Positions 1-9,295 of a stretch of DNA of 64,000 nucleotides are shown in pieces. The first letter of the stretch is position 1. Each line of letters starts with the position of its first letter. Source of the stretch: an uncultured virus (IMG/VR IMGVR_UViG_3300010356_003090) (Duplodnaviria > Heunggongvirae > Uroviricota > Caudoviricetes); the IMG/VR virus record IMGVR_UViG_3300010356_003090; one strand, given 5' to 3'. Position numbers and translations under genes: made by a program. The notes under the pieces are model-generated. The model ran no database searches, was not told where the DNA came from, and saw only the letters and a program-made list of their open reading frames with translations.

Positions 1-426
1 CCACCACCCCAACCGCCGCAGATGCCGCAACCACCGCAAGCGCCGATGATGCCGCAACCACCGCAAGCGCCGATGATGCCGCAACCACCGCAAGCGCCGA
101 TGATGCCGAATGTACAAGCAAAACCAAGCTATGTTTTTGACGGTGAGGCAGCGGTGTACAAAGAGATCTTAACACCGCTCTTTGATCGCCTTGTGACCGA
201 GATCCCGCAAGGCGTCCCGCCCGATCTGTTTGTGCGTTCGCTTTCGCAAGAGCAACAAAATATGCTCAGTATGTATGCGATGTTTAACGAAATTCCCGTT
301 GTTGTGCAGACCGTCCAAAAGATGATCCCGAACGATCCGATCATTCAATCCCCCCAAGGTGCGGCGTGGTTGGCCGCCGCCTTCCAAGAAGTTGTGCGAG
401 TCGAAGAGGGGAAAAAGCCGAAATGA
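1..426 (+). CDS. 5'-truncated Pro/Gln/Met-rich hypothetical protein
   Basis: Frame is open from base 1. Contains MPQPPQAPM repeats followed by a helical domain. Stop overlaps the next start (ATGA at 423-426). Confidence 0.7.
   Translation, partial: PPPQPPQMPQPPQAPMMPQPPQAPMMPQPPQAPMMPNVQAKPSYVFDGEAAVYKEILTPLFDRLVTEIPQGVPPDLFVRSLSQEQQNMLSMYAMFNEIPVVVQTVQKMIPNDPIIQSPQGAAWLAAAFQEVVRVEEGKKPK
21..107 (+). repeat. 27-bp tandem repeat x3 (coding)
   Basis: GATGCCGCAACCACCGCAAGCGCCGAT at 21, 48 and 75. Confidence 0.95.
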
Positions 427-1715
427 AAGCAAAAGCCGTGCTTTCAACGACTTGGCATTGTCAAGATTGCCATCGTATCCACAAGAAACCTACAGAGCGT
501 TGCATTTGCGGATCATGGAAGATTGTAGCGGTGGATCGGGCATCTTCCATACAAAAGCACGGTGCGCGAAGTATCGCACAAGTCGATGAACGCGATGCAG
601 CGCGGATCGACACATACGATGCAGAATTAAACCGCGTTCTTGGGGGTGGGATCGTGCTTGGATCGCAGATTGCGATATCGGGTGAACCCGCAGCAGGGAA
701 AAGCACCTTGTTGACACAAGTTTCTCTCGAAATTGCCGAGGGTGATCCTGTCTTGTATGTTTGCGGTGAAGAGACGCCCGCACAAGTGAAAGGTCGGGCT
801 TTGCGGCTAGTGCGGGGATCTTCGATAGATTGGAGCAAGGTTGAACAAAACTTGATCTTGACAGAAACCACGAACATTCTAGGGCTTGAGAAAGAAATTG
901 CCGATACCTCGCCTGTCTTGGTGATCGTGGATTCTATCGCCTCCATGCAAGGCGAGCGCGATGTTGCGGGCGGTGCAAAGGTGTTGGATGCAGCAGAGCA
1001 TCTTGTACGGATCTCCAAAAAAACGAACGTGCCGCTTGTAATCGTCGCTCACGTCACAAAAGATTCTGTCATGGCGGGGCCGCGAGCGTTTGAGCATCTT
1101 GTGGATGTGGCGTTGCATCTTGAGGGGGATCGACGTGAACAGCATCGCTTCTTGCGGGCGTTCAAGAATCGGTTTGGTGCAACGGATGAAGTGGGCTTGT
1201 ACGAGATGACGGCAAACGGCCTACGATCCGCAAAGATCGGCGTTGATCTCGCAGATCGTACCATTCCGCAAACGTCTTGCTTGACGCTTGTTTCGGAGGG
1301 TTCGCGCTTTTTTGTTCACGAGATACAAGCCGCCGTTGGGGGAATGGTGGGAAAAGTCCATGCACGGGGCTTGCGTGGGGATCGCGTGGCGATGCTTGCG
1401 GCGCTCTTGCGCAATCAGCTTTCTTTGATGCTTCAAGAAGAGTTGTTTTTGTCGTGCGTTGGGGGTGGTCGTGTTGATGATCCGCTTGCAGATATGGCGA
1501 TTTGTGCGGCGATCTTGTCAAGCCATCTACGAAAAGTCTTGCCTTGTTCGTGGCTTTGCCTTGGTGAGTTGTCGCCAACGGGCTTTTTCTCAGGTTCGGG
1601 GATCTCAAAGCGTGTAGCGTTTTTGCGTCAACATTTTGAACAAACTATCGAAGCCAAAACACCCAAGGATACGCCGTCTTTGCAAGCGTTGTTTGATCAA
1701 ATTTCGGCGCTGTGA
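423..1715 (+). CDS. radA: DNA repair/branch-migration ATPase RadA/Sms
   Basis: N-terminal C4 zinc finger (CQDC...CICGSW), Walker A GEPAAGKST, LYVCGEE, VIVDSI, KNRFG signature, Lon-like C-terminus (ADMAICAAILSS...GEL). ATG 423 is coupled to the upstream stop. Confidence 0.92.
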   Translation: MKAKAVLSTTWHCQDCHRIHKKPTERCICGSWKIVAVDRASSIQKHGARSIAQVDERDAARIDTYDAELNRVLGGGIVLGSQIAISGEPAAGKSTLLTQVSLEIAEGDPVLYVCGEETPAQVKGRALRLVRGSSIDWSKVEQNLILTETTNILGLEKEIADTSPVLVIVDSIASMQGERDVAGGAKVLDAAEHLVRISKKTNVPLVIVAHVTKDSVMAGPRAFEHLVDVALHLEGDRREQHRFLRAFKNRFGATDEVGLYEMTANGLRSAKIGVDLADRTIPQTSCLTLVSEGSRFFVHEIQAAVGGMVGKVHARGLRGDRVAMLAALLRNQLSLMLQEELFLSCVGGGRVDDPLADMAICAAILSSHLRKVLPCSWLCLGELSPTGFFSGSGISKRVAFLRQHFEQTIEAKTPKDTPSLQALFDQISAL

Positions 1716-1730
1716 TTGCGGGCAAGATCT

Positions 1731-2075
1731 ATGACGAATTTGGAAAATTTGATGAAGCGATGCGGGTGGAATCAAACGGAAACAGCCGAAATTCTAGGCG
1801 TGACTCAGCAAAGTATTAGCGTTTGGGTCAATCAGAAGAGAGAGATCCCAAGCCCGATAAGCGCATTAATTGACGGACTTTGCGCAGTCCTTGATATTTT
1901 GGATGAATCAAAACACACTTACACGTTTGAGGTTATGGAAAAAAATAGCTTCGAAATTCCTACCATTTCCGTTTTTACTCTTTCGCAGGTATTAAAGAAA
2001 TTCGGGTTTGCGATGCTGCTACGTCTTACTGTTCGAGATGTTTGCAAAACACAGGGTATGTGCAAGCAAATTTGA
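1731..2075 (+). CDS. XRE/Cro-like helix-turn-helix regulator
   Basis: WNQTETAEILGVTQQSISVWVNQKREIP. Confidence 0.8.
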   Translation: MTNLENLMKRCGWNQTETAEILGVTQQSISVWVNQKREIPSPISALIDGLCAVLDILDESKHTYTFEVMEKNSFEIPTISVFTLSQVLKKFGFAMLLRLTVRDVCKTQGMCKQI

Positions 2076-2106
2076 CTTTTGTACTCGTTTTGTGTCAGAG
2101 TTGTAC
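2072..2106 (+). promoter_or_regulatory. TTGACT hexamer followed by 11-bp-period TTGT(A/G)Y boxes (putative promoter/operator)
   Basis: TTGACT at 2072; TTGTAC at 2079, TTGTGT at 2090, TTGTAC at 2101. Confidence 0.5.
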
Positions 2107-2165
2107 TTGTTTCGTCGTTCTGTTAGACAGAACGCAATGCAACCCACACAAGAGGAGTTCCCCCC

Positions 2166-3434
2166 ATGAAAAAGCACACCCAAGCCCCCAAAGCGACCGC
2201 AACCAAGCCCCTCCATCATACCCCCTACATTCCCTTTACCACGGGGGAATTGCAATTGATTCTGTCTATTCACGAGAAGATGATCGAAGAGGGGCGGCGT
2301 GGAGAAAGCCCCCTAGAAAAACCCGTTGACGATTGCTTGATACGGCATTTTTCCGAACACGAGGCAACCTTGAGCGTGGAGCCGTCCTTGTTGGGGGCGT
2401 TTTCCAATTCCGCGAAGCAAACGGGCTTTGTGATGCCCTATCCTGTTTTTTGGGTTCCGACCGCAACAAGTGAGGGGATGCCGTTGTTGTTGGCGTCCGA
2501 TCTACGGGCAGAAAACGACGAAAGCACCACGATCATCTTACAAGGCTTCATGTTTATGCGTTATGGCATGGACAAGGGGGATATTTCGTGGAGTGAGGCG
2601 GGCTTATCAGAGAAAGTGCGCTACGGCGCAAAGCTGTACATGGGGCAGCACGGCAAACGCTCGATCTCTGTCTTTGAGGAAGATGAAGGCGAAGACTTCG
2701 ACGCGATGGAGTTCTCCTTGTTGTTCGATGAGAGGGGGCGGCTTCTCTTTGATCCGTCCAACGCCAAAAATGATCGAGAATTGCGAAAAGAAGCCGAAGA
2801 GGGGGAGGCTTTCGCTGTGTTTCGCAGTCGGATCAAGGATGACACCGATCCGGCTGTTTCAGCAACAGAAGACATCGAGGCGGGGATCACGATCTCCATG
2901 ATGGAGGGAACCTCGTATCATCGTTCCCTCCATCTATCAATGAAATTGATGCAGCAAGTAGCGGATCTTGTTTTCCGTGTGGCATCGAATCTTTGTCTTT
3001 TCCTTGAATGTATGGGGGAGGATTGCGAAATGGTGATCGCACCCGAACCCAAGCAGCACCAACGCGCAAAGGATGATGCAAAACGCCTCCTCGCGTCCTG
3101 TTTGGCACACAAGCGCAAGGGTAACGATCTTCTTGCGAAGCGACATGAAACCGCATTGCGCAAGATCCGCGCAAGCCGCGTTGTTGCCGTGGGTGATGAC
3201 GCGGGCAAGAAGATCCGCCAAAAAGACGAAGAGATCCGCTTGCTCAAGGCATCGAGTGGGGAGGGGGAAGACTTTGCAGACTTGCGAGCGCCGATCTCTT
3301 GTCATCTCGTGCGCGGGCATGGGAAGTGGCAACCCCACGGGGAAGGGCGGGCTTTGCGAAAGTGGATCTATCTTGTTCCCTATTTTCGGGGGGTTGGGAC
3401 TTATCGCCCCAAGATTAACATCGTTGAAGAGTGA
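2166..3434 (+). CDS. Hypothetical protein with C-terminal H-x-x-RGH...G-x-G...RK-x-I motif typical of phage proteins
   Basis: RBS AGGAG at 2152; HLVRGHGKWQPHGEGRALRKWIYLVPYFRG. Confidence 0.75.
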   Translation: MKKHTQAPKATATKPLHHTPYIPFTTGELQLILSIHEKMIEEGRRGESPLEKPVDDCLIRHFSEHEATLSVEPSLLGAFSNSAKQTGFVMPYPVFWVPTATSEGMPLLLASDLRAENDESTTIILQGFMFMRYGMDKGDISWSEAGLSEKVRYGAKLYMGQHGKRSISVFEEDEGEDFDAMEFSLLFDERGRLLFDPSNAKNDRELRKEAEEGEAFAVFRSRIKDDTDPAVSATEDIEAGITISMMEGTSYHRSLHLSMKLMQQVADLVFRVASNLCLFLECMGEDCEMVIAPEPKQHQRAKDDAKRLLASCLAHKRKGNDLLAKRHETALRKIRASRVVAVGDDAGKKIRQKDEEIRLLKASSGEGEDFADLRAPISCHLVRGHGKWQPHGEGRALRKWIYLVPYFRGVGTYRPKINIVEE

Positions 3435-3441
3435 ACCCGTT

Positions 3442-3504
3442 TATATTCCGCTTGCTTATATATTCCGCTTGCTTATCTTGACTTGTATTCTTTTTGTATT
3501 CTTT
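3442..3504 (+). repeat. Intergenic 17-bp x2 and 11-bp x2 tandem duplications overlapping a putative promoter
   Basis: TATATTCCGCTTGCTTA x2 (3442-3475), TTGACT (3478), TTGTATTCTTT x2 (3483-3504). Confidence 0.85.
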
Positions 3505-3590
3505 TCACCTGCCTTTTTTCTTATCTTGTTGTAAGAGTCTGATCAGCCCATTGGGGCAACGCAGACCACAACAACAAGAGGAGAAAAGAG

Positions 3591-4592
3591 ATGCTTGCAG
3601 AAATCCGAAAAATCTTGTGCAGCGATCAACCAGACCTTGCGGCCATTGGCCGCGCAATCGCGGCTTGTTCGAGCGAGGAGCAAGCCCAAATCTGCCGCGA
3701 CTATGCGCGGCATCACACCAAGTACACACAATCCTACTTTCCCGCCGAACGGCGGGTCTTTTCGTTCGGCGGTGTGGCGTTTCCGATGCGTTGGATTCCT
3801 GCGGGGTCGTTTTGGATGGGGGCGTCTGAGGATGACGATTTCGCATATCTTGACGAACACCCTCGACATGAAGTGACGATCACGCGGGGCTTTTGGATGA
3901 TGGAAACACCCGTGACACGAGCGCAATACAAAACGCTCACGAATAAGAATCCACCCAAGATAGGGCAGAGTATGCCCGCTGCAAATATCGGATGGTACGA
4001 AGCGGCGGCGTTTGCAAACAAGCTGTCTGCTTTGGAGGGCTTGCCCGCTTCGTTTGTGGGAAGGGGTCGCAAGAGAACGGGCGTTGGGAACAAAGAAAGC
4101 GATTACGCGAAAAGCAAGGGGTGGCGATTGCCAACAGAAGCAGAATGGGAGTTTTCCTGCCGTGCAGGAACCACCACGCCGCACTATGGAAAGTTGAGTG
4201 AGATTGCTTGGTATGGCGAAAACAGCAGCGGCCTATCAAGGCATCCTGTCGGTGAAAAGGAGGCGAACGCTTGGGGTTTGCATGATATGTTGGGCAACGT
4301 GTGGGAATGGGTGTACGACTTTCAACGAGACGCCTACTATCACCGAAACGATCACGGGGCAAAGCGCCCCACCGTTGATCCCTGCGTCAACGAAGACGCC
4401 GATCATGAGTATGAGCGAGCGTTGGTGCGAGGCGGATCTTGTGACTGTACGCCAAGATCTGTACGCCAAGATCTGTACGCGCATCCATGCGCCACACATT
4501 TGAGAAAAACATCGAGGGTACGAATTGGCGCGGAAGCTGCGGTTTTCGCCTTGTTCGGGCGGAGTAGGGCAAAAGCAGAGGGGCGGGGATAA
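3591..4592 (+). CDS. FGE-sulfatase (formylglycine-generating enzyme, C-type-lectin fold) domain protein; C-terminus frameshifted
   Basis: IPAGSFWMG, ETPVT, RLPTEAEWE, NAWGLHDMLGNVWEW, RGGS. The canonical GFRLV ending lies in another frame (stop at 4567) because of a 14-bp duplication. Confidence 0.9.
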   Translation: MLAEIRKILCSDQPDLAAIGRAIAACSSEEQAQICRDYARHHTKYTQSYFPAERRVFSFGGVAFPMRWIPAGSFWMGASEDDDFAYLDEHPRHEVTITRGFWMMETPVTRAQYKTLTNKNPPKIGQSMPAANIGWYEAAAFANKLSALEGLPASFVGRGRKRTGVGNKESDYAKSKGWRLPTEAEWEFSCRAGTTTPHYGKLSEIAWYGENSSGLSRHPVGEKEANAWGLHDMLGNVWEWVYDFQRDAYYHRNDHGAKRPTVDPCVNEDADHEYERALVRGGSCDCTPRSVRQDLYAHPCATHLRKTSRVRIGAEAAVFALFGRSRAKAEGRG

Positions 4593-4602
4593 AAGGGGAT
4601 AA

Positions 4603-4636
4603 AAAAAGGCGATCAACCTACATTGATCGCCTTTTT
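4603..4636. terminator. Bidirectional intrinsic terminator
   Basis: AAAAAGGCGATCAA-cctaca-TTGATCGCCTTTTT between convergent genes. Confidence 0.85.
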
Positions 4637-4722
4637 GCTATCAGGGAAACCATTCCATGCACACACTTCGCCAAGTGTGGCGATCCAGAAGAAACACCAT
4701 GTCTCTTCCGCATCTTCCGCTG

Positions 4723-5067
4723 TCAAGGTTCGTCCTTGCTATGGTTTGCCTCGCAAGACAGCGAATGTTGTTTTTCACAAACCCACGCAATCAGCGCGTT
4801 TTTTTGCAATCGAAACGCACCGTCAATTTGCAATCCAACGCCCGCCAAGATCAAGGACTCCTTGCGCTTTTGCAAGAAATGGTAGGACACCGCCAAGGCT
4901 TGCGCGGCTTGCTTCATGGTAAGCAGTTCGGGGAAGCCTTGCAAGCTGCGTTCTAGGTGCTTTTGTCGGTCAAGGGATAGGGTGGGCTTTCCTTGCATCT
5001 CTTTTTGCGTCCTTGTGGCTTGTTGTGGCTTTCCTTCGCTTTTCTTGGTTTGGTTTGCGCGTTGCAT
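4723..5067 (-). CDS. Excisionase-like (HTH_17/MerR-type) DNA-binding protein
   Basis: PELLTMKQAAQALAVS...LQIDGAFRLQKNALIAWV. Confidence 0.7.
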   Translation of the reverse strand: MQRANQTKKSEGKPQQATRTQKEMQGKPTLSLDRQKHLERSLQGFPELLTMKQAAQALAVSYHFLQKRKESLILAGVGLQIDGAFRLQKNALIAWVCEKQHSLSCEANHSKDEP

Positions 5068-5197
5068 CGCTCACTTTACCCCCGCTTTCTTTGTTTTGCA
5101 AGTGTCTTGGAATTCCTTGCGTTCTTTTGGGTGACTTGCTTTAAGTGGTAGGTGTGCCGAAAGAAACGAGGTTTGCAAGGAAAGCAAGCAAGGAAAG

Positions 5198-5887
5198 ATG
5201 CAGATGTACGGATACAACGGGCCACATTATCCACACTATCCACCGATAATGCCCGTACCTTATCCGCTGCATCCGTCTCCATTTCAACCCATGCAAGCCC
5301 CGATCTCTACGCATTTTGCGCCGTTTGGCGTTGGTGCTTCGCCCATTGCGATCAATGGGCAAGGTGTGAATGTCACACGCACCATTCCCGACAGCACGGC
5401 GCAATGGGTGATCAATGAAGCAAAAGCGGCGTTGCGCGACGTGCAAACGCTCGATCTTGCGCGTCACCTTGTCGCAGACGTGGTAGAAGAACACACCGAT
5501 CCCTCTGTTGCCCGATATAGCGAGATGATGGCGATACATGATTTCGTTTCAACCCGTGTACGCTATACTTCCGATCCGTTCGGAATTGAACTGGTGTATG
5601 GGGCAAAAGCAATCATTGATCGCATTATGCGCGTCGGTAAATTTGCCGAGGATTGCGACGGGTTCACCGTTCTTTCTCTCGCCTTGTTGTTGAGCATCGG
5701 CCATGTCTGCCAAGTCTTGCTTGTGGGATACACGAATATCCAAGGCTGGCAACATATTTTTGTGCAAGACTTTATGCCGTCGTTTGGGTGGGTTACGTTC
5801 GATCCATCCATGAAGCAAAATGTCCGCGACGTGTTGGCAAGCGTGGACAAGGTGAAGGCGTTCCCTGTTAATGCCCATCTTGACTAA
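5198..5887 (+). CDS. Transglutaminase-like cysteine protease
   Basis: VRYTSDPFGIE, EDCDG (Cys), QHIFVQ (His), GWVTFDPS (Asp); P/Y/H-rich N-terminal leader. Confidence 0.8.
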   Translation: MQMYGYNGPHYPHYPPIMPVPYPLHPSPFQPMQAPISTHFAPFGVGASPIAINGQGVNVTRTIPDSTAQWVINEAKAALRDVQTLDLARHLVADVVEEHTDPSVARYSEMMAIHDFVSTRVRYTSDPFGIELVYGAKAIIDRIMRVGKFAEDCDGFTVLSLALLLSIGHVCQVLLVGYTNIQGWQHIFVQDFMPSFGWVTFDPSMKQNVRDVLASVDKVKAFPVNAHLD

Positions 5888-5909
5888 AAACAAACGCGAT
5901 AGGTGATTT

Positions 5910-7025
5910 ATGTACGCAGTACCACAAAGCCCCACGGGTCAATTTGCATACGGTGGCGCGGTCAATCATTTTTTGCCCGATATGAGCGCGTTGAACGCTC
6001 TTTTCCCATTCTTGGTGCAGTATCTTGGGCATTGGCGGCACGGATACCGAACCACCGCGCTCTTGTTTGGTTTGGCCTATCTGGACGGCGATCTTTTGTA
6101 TCAATTTTACCAGTATTGCCTCTACTACTGGCCGATGCTGGACGAACAAGAACGAGATCTCGTGCGCCGTATCGAGTTAAAACTTGGCGGATATGCGGGG
6201 CTGTCGCAAGAAGCGATGCAAGCGATTATGCCTATTGCGGGCTTTGGTTTGGCTATTGAAGACGGCGCACGAATGGCGCACGGGATGCCGACTTATGCCG
6301 ACTATCGCGGGCTTTCGGGGTGGGGGTGTGCGCCTTGCGGTGGCTTGGGGTGCGGCCCGAATCAACCCTGTAATTGTAGCTTGGGATGCGGCCCGAATCA
6401 ACCCTGCAATTGCGGGTGCAACGCACCGCAAGGAATGGGCGGGCTTGGTGCTGCACCGCCACGCCGACAACCCAAAGCCGCCGCAAGCATGGGGCTTCGC
6501 AATCAAGGCGCGGGCTTTGGGTACAATATGCAGCAAGACAGCCCGTGGAGCGGAGGGTATGGCCCCTATACGCTCGGATCAAAAGAAGAAGACGAAGAAC
6601 AAGAAGATCAAGAACAAGAAGCAAAACAAGCAGGAAAGCCCGCAGAAAAGCCCGCAGAAAAGCCCTTCAATTGGGGAGAATTTGCATCAGGACTCGCAAA
6701 GGCGGGGATCGATATTGGTCAAAAGATCGCTTCTGCGCTTGGTGATGTCACGCCCGCGCAATGTATGCAAAACCCCTCAGATGCGCGATGTGCAACGATG
6801 AAATTGCCCGATAGCCCCCTTTGGCGGCAATTCTGCAACACGCCAAACGGTCGCGTCTTTAAACCCTGCATCAACGCGGGTTTTGTTTCCGCCGTTCCGC
6901 CAAGTGGAGCGACGACCCCTCCAGCAGCGGGCGCGGCAAAAGATTCTAACACGATGATCATGATCGGGATTGGGCTTCTTGCGATCTTGGCCCTTGGGAT
7001 GTCCTTTATGCGCGGTGGTATGTGA
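5910..7025 (+). CDS. Putative virion membrane protein (Gly/Cys-rich, C-terminal TM)
   Basis: GCGPNQPCNC x2, repeated xLG motifs, acidic patch, hydrophobic C-terminal anchor; RBS AGGTG. Confidence 0.7.
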   Translation: MYAVPQSPTGQFAYGGAVNHFLPDMSALNALFPFLVQYLGHWRHGYRTTALLFGLAYLDGDLLYQFYQYCLYYWPMLDEQERDLVRRIELKLGGYAGLSQEAMQAIMPIAGFGLAIEDGARMAHGMPTYADYRGLSGWGCAPCGGLGCGPNQPCNCSLGCGPNQPCNCGCNAPQGMGGLGAAPPRRQPKAAASMGLRNQGAGFGYNMQQDSPWSGGYGPYTLGSKEEDEEQEDQEQEAKQAGKPAEKPAEKPFNWGEFASGLAKAGIDIGQKIASALGDVTPAQCMQNPSDARCATMKLPDSPLWRQFCNTPNGRVFKPCINAGFVSAVPPSGATTPPAAGAAKDSNTMIMIGIGLLAILALGMSFMRGGM

Positions 7026-7043
7026 CGAAGGAAGGCTGAGAGG

Positions 7044-7361
7044 ATGCGTTACTTTTATAGCGTTTTCGACGAATACGGCAAGTTTTACAACTACTATTCG
7101 TCCGCACAAAAGCCGTCCCTCTACCTTCTTTCCGATGATGCGCGATTGAAAGACTTTGTGTTGTTGCAAGATATGCGCGTCCCTTTGCCCGATGACGCGG
7201 CGCACCTTGGAAGCGGCCCCTTTGTCAAGGGCGCGGTCGCAACGTCTGGAACAAGACCTGTGATCTTCAACCCTGCGAATTTTGCAATGACCATCGTCAA
7301 TTTTGTCGTGATTTCTAATGTTGTGATGTGGATCAATTCGCTTTGGAATAAGAAGTCATAG
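7044..7361 (+). CDS. Small membrane protein
   Basis: Operonic ORF with RBS and C-terminal hydrophobic segment. Confidence 0.7.
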   Translation: MRYFYSVFDEYGKFYNYYSSAQKPSLYLLSDDARLKDFVLLQDMRVPLPDDAAHLGSGPFVKGAVATSGTRPVIFNPANFAMTIVNFVVISNVVMWINSLWNKKS

Positions 7362-7374
7362 AGAGGCGGTCAAG

Positions 7375-8388
7375 ATGCTTATGGAGCCATGCTACGGGGA
7401 TCAATGTCAGTATATCCCCCCACAATATGCGCCAACATATCAACCTTCACCGCCGATCTATCCGAATCCTGTTTACAATCCAACAAGCCACTACAACCCG
7501 TTACAATACACCTACCATCCCGCAACGGCACTAGGGCAAGCCCCGCGTTATCCGATGCTTGCAGGTGGATTGCTTGCGGGTGCCGTCGTTGCAGATCGGG
7601 AAGTCGCCTTTGTTTGGGAGAAACGCCCCACCAAAGCGGGAATTTACCGCTTCACCATGCAGATCCAAAGCGCGATCCCTTGCGCCAAAGGACAAACACA
7701 ACAAGGGATCTTAACCTGTTTGCCCAAAGAAAGCACACCGCAATTTCCCTTTGAAAGCCCCGTCTTCGCGGGCGCGTTCTTACAGAACATGGGAGACGAT
7801 AAAGCCCAATTGATTCTTGGTGAGGCAATTGAGCAGTCGGTCAACGATGGCTCCGTTTCTTGGGGAACAAACGCGGGGGAAGTCTCTTTTGTCAACCGAC
7901 CTTACATCTACTTTGAGGAGCAAGCAGGACAGCATTACATCAAGGGCTTGTTTGCCTACATCCTCTTGACCGAAGATTTGATCCGCGAAGGTCTCGATCC
8001 TGCTACAACAACCGCGTACTACAACAAGAGCGGCGTGTTGATCTACGAACAAGACGCACAAGGCAACACATGGCACAATCCCGAATTGCAAGGAACCACG
8101 GGGTTTCCACCTGTTTTGTTCGGAATTGGCTTAGCAAAATTGGCGGTGTGGGCGGCAGGTGTTTTGGGGATCTTGGCTTATTTTGGGCTTCTCGGTGGCA
8201 CACCGCAACGCGCTATCACAACGCTTGTCAGTCCCTTGAAAGAAAAGGCTATTGAAGTGATCAACAAGGGAATTCAAGTGGGTGGCGACTTCTTACGCGC
8301 CGCCGCGCCGTGGCTTGTGGGTGGTGTTGTTGGATATCTGTTGTTGAAAGATGTTGTGGGTCGGATCTTTGGTCGGTTTGGAATGTAG
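7375..8388 (+). CDS. Putative virion membrane protein
   Basis: P/Y/Q-rich leader ending ATALG, central beta-like region, two C-terminal hydrophobic segments. Confidence 0.7.
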   Translation: MLMEPCYGDQCQYIPPQYAPTYQPSPPIYPNPVYNPTSHYNPLQYTYHPATALGQAPRYPMLAGGLLAGAVVADREVAFVWEKRPTKAGIYRFTMQIQSAIPCAKGQTQQGILTCLPKESTPQFPFESPVFAGAFLQNMGDDKAQLILGEAIEQSVNDGSVSWGTNAGEVSFVNRPYIYFEEQAGQHYIKGLFAYILLTEDLIREGLDPATTTAYYNKSGVLIYEQDAQGNTWHNPELQGTTGFPPVLFGIGLAKLAVWAAGVLGILAYFGLLGGTPQRAITTLVSPLKEKAIEVINKGIQVGGDFLRAAAPWLVGGVVGYLLLKDVVGRIFGRFGM

Positions 8389-8401
8389 GGAGATCGTAGA
8401 G

Positions 8402-9070
8402 ATGCTTGCGCCGCTCAAAGAGGCCATAGATCAAGAATTGGCCTACTTCACAGAATTCAAAGCCCGCCTTGACGCCCTAAAAGCCCGACAAGGCGCAACG
8501 TCACAGCAAATCGCCTTGTCTGTTGAGGGGGCTTATACAGTCGCGTTTCTGGCCTTGCAGCGGTATATGAGCGACCTTCAACAGATCTCTGATGCAGTCC
8601 AAGGACTCGGTGCTGTACCCGCCGAATTTGCGGGCATCTTACAGCGAGTTCCCAACGAAAAGCGAAACGTGGCGTTGTTTTCAATTGGCGTGGTTCGGGC
8701 ATCACAGCGGCCATCTCTCCAATTACGCGCCGAATTGATCCCTGTCAAAGCCGCGATCATGCAAGCCCTTGTTGAGACCGATCCCATTCGCAGCGGGATC
8801 ACAGCAGAGCAGTATCACGCAGATGTTGAGCGATACGGCGCTTTCTTGATCAATCTGGACGAGTGTTTTTTGGTGACAGGCGAAAAGGCTTCATCTGGTT
8901 TGCCTTGGATCTCGTTTGGCGCGGGCATGGTGGGCGGCTACACCGTCAAAGAAGCCCTTGGGACGAAGGGTTTAGAAGGTTTCTTATCGTCTTTTCTCGG
9001 TGCAAAGGCCCAAGCAAGCGACAAGGGCAGGAAAAAAAAGCGGCGCAATCGTAGAGCAGGGAGCGTGTGA
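8402..9070 (+). CDS. Hypothetical helical membrane-associated protein with basic tail
   Basis: RBS GGGAG before ATG 8402; hydrophobic Gly-rich segment followed by GRKKKRRNRR. Confidence 0.7.
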   Translation: MLAPLKEAIDQELAYFTEFKARLDALKARQGATSQQIALSVEGAYTVAFLALQRYMSDLQQISDAVQGLGAVPAEFAGILQRVPNEKRNVALFSIGVVRASQRPSLQLRAELIPVKAAIMQALVETDPIRSGITAEQYHADVERYGAFLINLDECFLVTGEKASSGLPWISFGAGMVGGYTVKEALGTKGLEGFLSSFLGAKAQASDKGRKKKRRNRRAGSV

Positions 9071-9072
9071 TC

Positions 9073-9225
9073 ATGCAAAATCCATCCGAACAGGCCGTTA
9101 TTGTCGAATTTATGGCTACGAACAGCAAGATGTCGATTTCGGATCTCTTTTCTCTTGAAAATGACCTTAAAGCCGCAATCGAAGATGCAAAGTTGGGCGA
9201 GTATGACGGAAACGAGATCGAGTAG
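9073..9225 (+). CDS. 50-aa ORF, possibly a truncated gene (not in the supplied track)
   Basis: My translation: MQNPSEQAVIVEFMATNSKMSISDLFSLENDLKAAIEDAKLGEYDGNEIE*. Starts 2 nt after the upstream stop. Confidence 0.5.
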   Translation: MQNPSEQAVIVEFMATNSKMSISDLFSLENDLKAAIEDAKLGEYDGNEIE

Positions 9226-9295
9226 TCGATCTATAAACTTCGCGCAAATGCGCCGAATAACGGGCAAGAAGACAGAACTTGTCCACGGGTGAGTC

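Noticed and set aside
3591..4592. Complete diversity-generating retroelement
   Set aside because: The fold is a typical DGR target, but I found no reverse transcriptase or adenine-variant template repeat in the window.
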